The notes beneath the pieces were generated by a model that was given only the letters and a program-made list of their open reading frames with translations, had not been told where the DNA came from and did no database searches. The translations under genes were made by a program, and so were the position numbers. Below are positions 19,006 to 26,168 of a stretch of DNA of 64,000 nt, piece after piece. The number at the start of each line of letters is the position of its first letter. The stretch's first letter is position 1. Source of the DNA: an archaeon (GTDB lineage Archaea; Micrarchaeota; Micrarchaeia; Norongarragalinales; UBA97); NCBI GenBank assembly GCA_020057405.1, contig JAGVFW010000008.1:1-64000 (forward strand). Direction: 5' to 3'.

Positions 19006-19284
19006 CTATTCAGGCAGGATTGGCGGCCGCTCGTCGGTGATGAAGGAGTAGTACGCCCCGAACTTGTACTGGTAGTCTAGCACGCGGCGCAGAAAACTGC
19101 TTACGCGCGCGGAGCGCATGCCGCGGATGAGCACGGAGCCGAAGTTAAGAATCCAGCCGAGGAACGAAAGGACGCTTAGGATGTAGAGCACGAGGACTAC
19201 GGGAATCCAGTAGACCAGGCGCACGAGAAGTTCGAAGCGCGAGGCTTTTTGCGGCGATTTTACCGAAGTCTGGATGGTTTTCAT
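19006..19284 (-). CDS. DUF4389-type small membrane protein (paralog 1)
   Basis: SRFELLVRLVY...LIRGMR...YYSFITDERPP. Confidence 0.8.
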   Translation of the reverse strand: MKTIQTSVKSPQKASRFELLVRLVYWIPVVLVLYILSVLSFLGWILNFGSVLIRGMRSARVSSFLRRVLDYQYKFGAYYSFITDERPPILPE

Positions 19285-19575
19285 TTACCCGCTCTCGGGA
19301 ATGATTGGGGGCCGCTCGTCGGTTGTGCCAAACGCGTAGGCCGAGCTCTTGAAGAGATAGTCAAAAGCCAGGTTGAGGAAGGCGGATACGCGAACGCTGC
19401 GGCGGCCGCGGATTAGGATTGAGCCCCAGTTGAGCAGCCAGCCGAGTCCCGAGAGGAGCATGAGGATGTAGGTGACTATTGCAAGCGGAATCGTGTAAAC
19501 CAATCGCACGAGCAGTTCGAAGCGCGAGGCCTCGGGGGCGGAATTGACTGAAGTCCGGATAGTTTGCATGGGCAA
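19285..19575 (-). CDS. DUF4389-type small membrane protein (paralog 2)
   Basis: SRFELLVRLVY...LIRGRR...YAFGTTDERPP; GGTGA SD upstream; abuts paralog 1. Confidence 0.8.
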   Translation of the reverse strand: MPMQTIRTSVNSAPEASRFELLVRLVYTIPLAIVTYILMLLSGLGWLLNWGSILIRGRRSVRVSAFLNLAFDYLFKSSAYAFGTTDERPPIIPESG

Positions 19576-19630
19576 ATCACCTATTTAGGCTTAGCCAACC
19601 TGCGTTTTTAAAGGAATCTGCAGTAACCAT

Positions 19631-20110
19631 GTGGTGGACAGGCGCATTCTCTACAGCATCGCCGCTTTTGTGGCAACCGCCGGCCTTTACCTCGCAATAA
19701 CCGCCTCGGGCGCGTCGCTTCCGCAAGTGCCGTCACTCTACTACTATGGCTTGGAAGACTGGGGCAACGGCAAGGCAGTGAGCCTGGCGGGCGTCGTGCT
19801 CGCCTATCTTTTCGTCTCAGTGGCGGCACTGCTTTTCTTCGGCCACGCGGCGCCCCTTGCGATGGCAATGGAGGGGTTGAAATACGCCTCGGCGTACAGC
19901 CACGCGAGCGTGCACCCCTACGATTTTCTCTTCGTCATCCCGCAGTTCATCGCAGTCTACGCGGGCCTGAGGTTGAGTGCGAACGCCGAGGCCGACTTTG
20001 ACCACAGGGGAACGGTGTTCAAGCAATGGCAGTTTCCGCTTTTACTCTACGTCGCCGGCGCGGCTTTGGCCCTAGTGCTTTACCTCGTGCGGCCGCCGTT
20101 TGTCAGCTGA
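19631..20110 (+). CDS. Multi-pass membrane protein
   Basis: About 4-5 hydrophobic segments; TATA-like TTTTTAAA upstream. Confidence 0.75.
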   Translation: MVDRRILYSIAAFVATAGLYLAITASGASLPQVPSLYYYGLEDWGNGKAVSLAGVVLAYLFVSVAALLFFGHAAPLAMAMEGLKYASAYSHASVHPYDFLFVIPQFIAVYAGLRLSANAEADFDHRGTVFKQWQFPLLLYVAGAALALVLYLVRPPFVS

Positions 20111-20186
20111 CTTGAGGCACGCGGGCAACGCGCCCACACCCGCCCCCCAACAGCAGTTTTTAAAACGACGGCGCAGTTGGTAATCC

Positions 20187-20771
20187 ATGCTGCCTGTCGC
20201 GGCCGTCATGCCGCTTTCAATACTTGGCGACTTTAGCGACACGCTGGGCGAGCTTGGGTTCGTCATTCGGCTGATGGCTTTTGTCTACATCTTGTTCTGG
20301 CTCTTTGCGACGTTTCAGGACAACCAAATTGTTTTTGGCTTCACCTCGCTCATTGCTGCTTACTTCGTCATTTTCTACGCGTCCGTGATAGTCGTTTTGG
20401 CGGTGGTCGTTTTACTCATGGTGAACGGGATGTTCATACAGCAGTCGCTCATGTTCGGACTCTTTCCGACATTGGGCAGGGACCAGCACGGTAGCCCCAT
20501 CGATTACGGCATGCAAATGGAGGAGATGAAGAAACAGGAACTCCACGCGCAACTTAACGCCGGAAGGCAGGTAAGCGAGCAGGACATGCAATTCCTCGCG
20601 CAAGCGCAACAGAGACAAGAAATAGCCCAGCAGCAAGTGACTCAGGCAATGCAGAGCATGGGACAACCGAGCAGCCAGCCGCAAGGCGGCTTCGGGTTTG
20701 CCCAGCCGCAAACAAGCCAGCTTTCGGACAGCCTATCAAGCCAGCAAGTTGGAATGAGGAGAATGAGGTGA
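20187..20771 (+). CDS. Membrane protein with Gln/Met-rich C-terminal tail
   Basis: Three hydrophobic helices, then QAQQRQEIAQQQVTQAMQSMGQPSSQPQGG; TTTTTAAA promoter at ~20157. Confidence 0.8.
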   Translation: MLPVAAVMPLSILGDFSDTLGELGFVIRLMAFVYILFWLFATFQDNQIVFGFTSLIAAYFVIFYASVIVVLAVVVLLMVNGMFIQQSLMFGLFPTLGRDQHGSPIDYGMQMEEMKKQELHAQLNAGRQVSEQDMQFLAQAQQRQEIAQQQVTQAMQSMGQPSSQPQGGFGFAQPQTSQLSDSLSSQQVGMRRMR

Positions 20772-20775
20772 GCGG

Positions 20776-21054
20776 ATGAGTTTCTTTGAGGACTTTTTCT
20801 TCATGCTGGACTTGGCCAAGTGGTTTCTCATGCTATATATGGCCTACTGGCTCTACACGTGGGCACGCGACAAGCTAGTCTTTGCCCCAACTATCGGCCT
20901 CATCGTCGCCGGCATCCTAATCTATTTTCTCGTAATCGAGCACCCGTTTATCGGCGCGCTAGGCATTTTTGGCTGGATGATGATTACTGGCGGGCTGATG
21001 TACGTCATCGGCACTTTCGCACCCGGACTCTACATGTTCATGCATCGGAGGTAA
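20776..21054 (+). CDS. Small membrane protein
   Basis: 92 aa, about 3 TM segments; GAGGTGA SD; operonic spacing. Confidence 0.8.
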   Translation: MSFFEDFFFMLDLAKWFLMLYMAYWLYTWARDKLVFAPTIGLIVAGILIYFLVIEHPFIGALGIFGWMMITGGLMYVIGTFAPGLYMFMHRR

Positions 21055-21059
21055 AACAA

Positions 21060-21437
21060 ATGAAACAACGCATACACCACTTCCTCGCTGCCTACAAGCA
21101 GACGCACTTTAACAGGGCGTTTTGGGTGAGCCCCAAGTGGAGGCTCTTCGTCGTGCTTTTAGTCATTGCGACGATGTTTTTGGTCCAGGACTACCTGACC
21201 GGCAAGTACTTGGCCGAATTCAAGGAGAGCCCCCTTGCGTTTGAGGCACTCGACAAGGTCATGTACTGGTTCGGCGTCGGCATCGTCGTTGGCGCGGCGG
21301 CACTCTTCCTCATGTTTGAAGGCGAGTTCGCAATTGGCATGTGGAATCACTTGAGGCGCGCCGAGCAGGCTGCACTGAAGGAATTTGCGGGCCTGCCGGC
21401 AGGCAAGAGAAAAGTGCGGCGCAAGAAGAAGCGCTAG
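21060..21437 (+). CDS. Two-TM membrane protein with basic C-terminus
   Basis: ATG 21060 after GGAGGT SD (the track ORF is over-extended to 20820); LMFEGEF motif; ends KRKVRRKKKR. Confidence 0.8.
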   Translation: MKQRIHHFLAAYKQTHFNRAFWVSPKWRLFVVLLVIATMFLVQDYLTGKYLAEFKESPLAFEALDKVMYWFGVGIVVGAAALFLMFEGEFAIGMWNHLRRAEQAALKEFAGLPAGKRKVRRKKKR

Positions 21438-21549
21438 CTGCACCCCCCCCCGCGTCCTACGCCACAAGCCATGGCCACGCTAGGTTTTTTGAAAAACCGG
21501 ACTCTCGGTGCCCGTCCCACCACAAAGCGGTTGGGCGCCGAAAGCCGGT

Positions 21550-21855
21550 TTAAACGCCAAGAATAATGGCGATGAGGCCGAAGATGATTACCGCGCCAAA
21601 GCCGATGGTGAACCACTCGGTGAGCTTGGTGAAGTAGGCGAAGAACAAAAGCGCCGCTAGGGCGCCGAAAAGCGGACCCGCTGAAGCCAGCGGAATCAAG
21701 ATGTTCTCAACTGGCCACAATTGTATTTGACCAACGCCGTTAACGAACCAGTGCCCCGAATAGCTATCCGCCTGGCCAGTGAAAATGAGCAGCGTGACCA
21801 ATATGAATACGAAGAATACCCACTCTTCAGCCGGCAAGTCCAGGAATAAAGCCAT
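21550..21855 (-). CDS. Small membrane protein
   Basis: About 101 aa with 3 hydrophobic segments. Confidence 0.7.
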   Translation of the reverse strand: MALFLDLPAEEWVFFVFILVTLLIFTGQADSYSGHWFVNGVGQIQLWPVENILIPLASAGPLFGALAALLFFAYFTKLTEWFTIGFGAVIIFGLIAIILGV

Positions 21856-21963
21856 AAAACACACCCTTACAACTACTTTATAGTAGTTACAAGTATTTAA
21901 GGTTTGGTGCTTTAAAAGCGGGTAGCGGAGGATATTTAAGCGGCGGGCGGATTAGTTAGCTGC

Positions 21964-22191
21964 ATGAGCGAGTTTTTCGACGCGCTTGGGGTAATCGTCC
22001 TCATACTTGATTTCGTCATGCTCTACAGGCTCTTTTACCCCGCAGTGGTAAGCAGCAACTTCATCGCACTCATGCTCACTACGCTTGTCGCCTTCCTCCT
22101 CCTAGTTCCCTACCCGTGGCTCGCCTGGGTGATGTTCGCGGCGCTCTTCATGCAAGGGTTTTTCGCACAGTTGTCGGAGCACCAGTGGTAA
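21964..22191 (+). CDS. Small membrane protein
   Basis: 75 aa, almost entirely hydrophobic; TATA-like ATTTAAG upstream. Confidence 0.75.
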   Translation: MSEFFDALGVIVLILDFVMLYRLFYPAVVSSNFIALMLTTLVAFLLLVPYPWLAWVMFAALFMQGFFAQLSEHQW

Positions 22192-22192
22192 G

Positions 22193-22480
22193 ATGGACTT
22201 CACTTTCCTTTTCCTCATTATCCTCATGCTGATGGCCTACCAGTCGGGCTTGGGCTTAATTGCCGCGGGCCTGTTCGTCGTAACGCTCGTGATGGCTAAA
22301 AACAAGTTCCTCATGGCTGCAGCTGCGGTCGGGGGGCTGGCCTTGGGCGCGCTCTTCCTCGGGTTTGGCGAGGAAAGTACGCTTATTATTGGCGGGGCGC
22401 TGTTCCTAGTGTTCATTCTTTTGGCTTGGAAGGACGACCAACCCGGCGGACAGCCGGGATATCCGGGAATGGGTTATTAG
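22193..22480 (+). CDS. Small membrane protein
   Basis: 95 aa, about 4 short TM helices, tail PGGQPGYPGMGY; 1-nt gap to the previous gene. Confidence 0.75.
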   Translation: MDFTFLFLIILMLMAYQSGLGLIAAGLFVVTLVMAKNKFLMAAAAVGGLALGALFLGFGEESTLIIGGALFLVFILLAWKDDQPGGQPGYPGMGY

Positions 22481-22487
22481 TGATAAA

Positions 22488-22799
22488 ATGAACTTTTTGC
22501 TCGCCGCACTGCTTTTCTTCCTCACCTGGTGGTTTGCAGACCAGGGGCTATATTTCTTCTCAATGCTCTTCATCATCGTCCTCGTCATGGTGGCGATTGC
22601 CGAGGGCAACAAGCCCCCCACTACCAAGGTGATGATGCAAGTAAACGCACACCCGGCGGCCTCGCCGGCAATCGCGCCTCACCCGGAGTGGAATGACGAC
22701 AGGATTGAGAAGTTCGGGCGCGGGCTGGCAAACGTAATTCTAGTGCCGTTGAAAATCTTGTGGAAGCTCCTCAACTACGCGTGGGGAAACAGGAAATAA
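22488..22799 (+). CDS. Small membrane protein
   Basis: N-terminal hydrophobic hairpin, Pro-rich linker, amphipathic C-terminal helix. Confidence 0.7.
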   Translation: MNFLLAALLFFLTWWFADQGLYFFSMLFIIVLVMVAIAEGNKPPTTKVMMQVNAHPAASPAIAPHPEWNDDRIEKFGRGLANVILVPLKILWKLLNYAWGNRK

Positions 22800-22801
22800 A
22801 A

Positions 22802-23131
22802 TCAGTTTTTGAGCCGCAAGAGAATGTCGCGGTTTGTTTCCAGAATCTTCTTGTTTGTTTCTTGTAGGGCCTTTAGCAGGGCGAGGGCCTCGTTTAGCTT
22901 GTCGCCAATGTCTCCCGACGGTCCCGAGGCTTGGGAGGGCAGGGGCTTTGAAAACAGGCTGTCGGGTGCTTGTGGGGATGCCGGGGGCGCCATGGGCTTT
23001 AAAGTCTCGGTCGCCTTGCGAAAGACTTCCTCTGGGTTGCCGACGCCAAGCTGGCGAAGGTTTTCGAGAACTTCTGCCTCAGCCATGCCGGACTTGAGCA
23101 TGTCGCGGATGGCGGCGTTCAAGTCAGCCAA
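22802..23131 (-). CDS. Hypothetical protein (helical N-domain, Pro linker, C-terminal coiled coil)
   Basis: Likely TTG start MADLNAAIRDMLKSG; C-terminus LNEALALLKALQETNKKILETNR. Confidence 0.7.
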   Translation of the reverse strand: MADLNAAIRDMLKSGMAEAEVLENLRQLGVGNPEEVFRKATETLKPMAPPASPQAPDSLFSKPLPSQASGPSGDIGDKLNEALALLKALQETNKKILETNRDILLRLKN

Positions 23132-23192
23132 ACAAGTGCACCGGCAATCATTACTGCGCAAGGCTTTTTATGCCTAGTGACGTAAGCAAATC

Positions 23193-24692
23193 GTGGAACT
23201 TGATTTCCCGTTCGGCCCGTGGAAGCGCGTGGTCTTTGGCAACTGGGGAGAATACCCTACGGGCATCTACTCGAATCCCGACAGGCTCATCCTCTTGGCC
23301 GTCTTTGAGCGCGACGAGGCGGGAGTAAAGGGAGTACTTACCATGCTTGCAAAGGCCTTTGTCACCGACGCGGACCTAAGCAAGGCAGCCCGCGCGCAAA
23401 AGCGGGAAGTGACGATTATCGAGAAGCACAGCGTGGAGTCCAGCCGACGGTACGCCATCGTGAGCACTGCGCCCATCTACTCGCCTTACTCGCAAAAGGC
23501 CATAGTTGATGCCATCAACAGGCAGGCGGGAGAAGTAAAGGTGATTGCAAAGTCGGTTGAGGAGCTTGCGGAGGCTTACGGCAGCAAGGCAAAGGACCTG
23601 GCAGTAGCTTCTGACGAGGAGGCAAACGCGCTTTTGGGCGATCCGTTTCTCATCATGGCACTCGTTAACCCACGGGCGCCGCCGACGAAGGAAAGCTTAA
23701 GCACCACGGTAGTGCACGTTGGCGCAAGCGGGGCCGGAGAGCCAGTGTCGGTGCCCCTGCAGTCGCTGGCAACGGCAGTCGTCGCCGGGGGCAGCCGCGA
23801 GCAGCGCTTGGCTGCAGTGCAGGTGCTGTGCGAAGACGCCCTTGCAAACAGCGTGCCCGTCGTCATCATCGATTCGAGCAATTCTTTTGCGGGCCTGGCA
23901 TCGCCAAACCGCCTCACGCGCGACTTTACGAAATTCAAGATGACTGCGATGCCCCTGGGTTTTCCCTACCGCGACTACCGGCTTGGCAGTGGCTTTTACG
24001 TCGACTTGGCGGGGCTTGACGCAAAGACGTTCACAAAATGCTTGGGCTTGTCGCAAACGAGCCCGGGGGACGCGATTGAGGCAGCGTGGAGGCCCGACGC
24101 ACACGCTATCTCGGATTTGATTGAGCAAATTGAGGCGCACGGCACTGCAAGCAAGGAACCCTCGGCGGCTTATGATGCGGCTAAGGCCAAGCGCGCCATC
24201 CGAGTTGCGGAAAAGACGCTGCAGGGCATTTTCGCCAAGTTCGTCGAAGGAGAACTGCTCGCGCCGTGGCAGGAAGGCATTGGCAGGGCTTTCCACCTTG
24301 ACGCGTCCGGCTACGGGGACGCGGGCCAGAACCTCGCAATCGCCTCTCTTCTTAACGCAGTTAAGCCGCCGAAAGGAAAGCGGCTGCGCGCCGTTGTTGC
24401 CTTTGAGGCCGACTTGGCAGTAGTGCAGGACGAAGTGCTTGAGCTGATTAACTCGATGAGGGGCAACGGGCTTGGCTTCATTTTGCACGCCGAGCACGAA
24501 CTGGACGCCCAGCTCATTCCCAACGCCGAGCTAAAGCTTGAGCTAATCAAGAACGAGATTGTCGCAACAGTGGTTGGTCAAAAACCCGCCCGCTTTTTCT
24601 TAAGGCCCACTTACACCGATGCGCCTTACGCGCGGCAAGAGCCCCAGCCACAGATTGCAAGGCGACCCGCCCCCACTCAAACCACCGGCTGA
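23193..24692 (+). CDS. HerA/VirB4-like (DUF87/DUF853-type) P-loop protein with degenerate Walker A
   Basis: VHVG...VSVPL...AVVAGGSREQR occupies the GxxGxGKS position; EDALANSVPVVIIDSSNSFAGLASPN; GLGFIL; C-terminal RFFLRPT. Confidence 0.7.
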   Translation: MELDFPFGPWKRVVFGNWGEYPTGIYSNPDRLILLAVFERDEAGVKGVLTMLAKAFVTDADLSKAARAQKREVTIIEKHSVESSRRYAIVSTAPIYSPYSQKAIVDAINRQAGEVKVIAKSVEELAEAYGSKAKDLAVASDEEANALLGDPFLIMALVNPRAPPTKESLSTTVVHVGASGAGEPVSVPLQSLATAVVAGGSREQRLAAVQVLCEDALANSVPVVIIDSSNSFAGLASPNRLTRDFTKFKMTAMPLGFPYRDYRLGSGFYVDLAGLDAKTFTKCLGLSQTSPGDAIEAAWRPDAHAISDLIEQIEAHGTASKEPSAAYDAAKAKRAIRVAEKTLQGIFAKFVEGELLAPWQEGIGRAFHLDASGYGDAGQNLAIASLLNAVKPPKGKRLRAVVAFEADLAVVQDEVLELINSMRGNGLGFILHAEHELDAQLIPNAELKLELIKNEIVATVVGQKPARFFLRPTYTDAPYARQEPQPQIARRPAPTQTTG

Positions 24693-24697
24693 GCACA

Positions 24698-25234
24698 ATG
24701 GCCAAGGTACTTTCCGAAAAGCAGGTGTTCAAAGGCACTGTTTTTGCGGTAAAGGAACTGCAGGCCGAGCTGCCGAACGGCAAGCGCATGAAATTCAACG
24801 TCGTAGAGAAGAACGACTCTGCGATGATTGTCCCAATCACCGACGACGGACAGCTAGTGCTGCAAAAAGAGTACTTCGTTGCCAGCGATGTCTACATGCT
24901 CAGCCTGCCGAAGGGAGCGATGGCCGACGGGGAACACCGCCTTGACGCGGCTAACCGCGAACTCCAGGAAGAGGCGGGCTACAAGGCGGGAGAACTCATT
25001 GAACTGGGCACACTTACCGTCTCGCCCGGCTACATACGGCAGAAGACGCACGTCTTCCTCGCCAGAAAGCTCACCGAAAGCAGACTTTCCGGCGACGAGG
25101 ACGAGGAAATTGAAGTCAAGAGAATCCCGTTTGCCGACTTCGAGAAGCTAGTCTACAGCCACGAAATCAGCGAAGCGCGCGTGATTGCCGCGCTCTTCCT
25201 TGCAAAGAAATACTTGGAAACAAACAAGAAATAG
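24698..25234 (+). CDS. Nudix hydrolase (NudE/NudF-like ADP-compound hydrolase)
   Basis: Nudix box LPKGAMADGEHRLDAANRELQEEAGY; SPGY; GDEDEEIEV. Confidence 0.93.
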   Translation: MAKVLSEKQVFKGTVFAVKELQAELPNGKRMKFNVVEKNDSAMIVPITDDGQLVLQKEYFVASDVYMLSLPKGAMADGEHRLDAANRELQEEAGYKAGELIELGTLTVSPGYIRQKTHVFLARKLTESRLSGDEDEEIEVKRIPFADFEKLVYSHEISEARVIAALFLAKKYLETNKK

Positions 25235-25237
25235 GAA

Positions 25238-25681
25238 TTAGATTCGCTTGAATAAGCCGGAAGCACCGCCCCCCGCGCCCCTTTGGGCCGGAGGCTTTTC
25301 GTCGGATTCCTTCTTGGCGGCCTTTAGCGCACCCAGTTTTTCCTCGAGCAAGTCGCGCACTTGAGTGATGGTGGCGTAATCTAGGGGGTTTATCGTGTCG
25401 AGAACGTAGCGCAGCTCGCGGAGCTCTTGTTTTGTGGCAAACTTCTTCTCCAAATCTTCCTGCGAGGCAGTTGAGGGACGGTTGCCGGAACTTGGGGAAA
25501 AACCGCCCGACGCGGCCTGCTCTTCTAGCTTCTTGAGCCTGCCGTTTAGCGCAATCATCGTGCGGCCGATGACTTCCTCGTTCTTCTCCATCGTGCGCAG
25601 CTTCTGGGCGATTAAGCCCAGCTTGGAGTCGAGGCTGCGCAGGTCGGCCATCACACTCTCGATAACTTCAGCTTTTGCCAT
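25238..25681 (-). CDS. Coiled-coil hypothetical protein
   Basis: GAGGT SD before ATG 25681; heptad pattern LRSLDSKLGLIAQKLRTMEKNEE...LNGRLKKLE. Confidence 0.75.
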   Translation of the reverse strand: MAKAEVIESVMADLRSLDSKLGLIAQKLRTMEKNEEVIGRTMIALNGRLKKLEEQAASGGFSPSSGNRPSTASQEDLEKKFATKQELRELRYVLDTINPLDYATITQVRDLLEEKLGALKAAKKESDEKPPAQRGAGGGASGLFKRI

Positions 25682-25737
25682 TGCTACCTCAAGCATTAGG
25701 CAAACCTTATATTAAGGGATTTCGAGAAAGGCTTGTC

Positions 25738-26112
25738 GTGCAGCTTAACATTCACGAACACGTCAAGACGCTCAAGTCTACGGGAGCGAGATTCGTAGTT
25801 GAAAGAAACGCGAAGGTGGCGTCGGGACAGCCGGTGCGCCAAAACGACTGGAAAATTACCGAGGTCACGCCTGCGACAGTGACCTTTTTCCGAAGTGAAG
25901 GCAAGAAAGCCGCCGTTAAAACCGTCTCGCATGCAGAATTTGCCGAATGGCAGTTTAATTGGCTCGGGTTAATGGAAAAGCGGGTGCAGAAAGAATCTGG
26001 GAGCATTAGACAACAGCCGTTAACCAGGGCGAGGGTGTACCAAGAAAACCAAGTGACCGATCCGATTCGGGCCATTTACGATGCCGTGATAAGGCACCGG
26101 ACCGGCGTCTGA
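25738..26112 (+). CDS. Orphan hypothetical protein
   Basis: GTG start about 25 nt after TTATATTAAG; basic, AT-richer codons. Confidence 0.55.
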   Translation: MQLNIHEHVKTLKSTGARFVVERNAKVASGQPVRQNDWKITEVTPATVTFFRSEGKKAAVKTVSHAEFAEWQFNWLGLMEKRVQKESGSIRQQPLTRARVYQENQVTDPIRAIYDAVIRHRTGV

Positions 26113-26168
26113 CCTGCCCCGCTTTTAAATCGCCACTGTTTTTAGCCCTTCCCGTCCATTCTACTAGC

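Noticed and set aside
20820-21059. N-terminal extension of the 205-aa track ORF
   Set aside because: Overlaps the 20776-21054 gene; the SD-supported start is at 21060.
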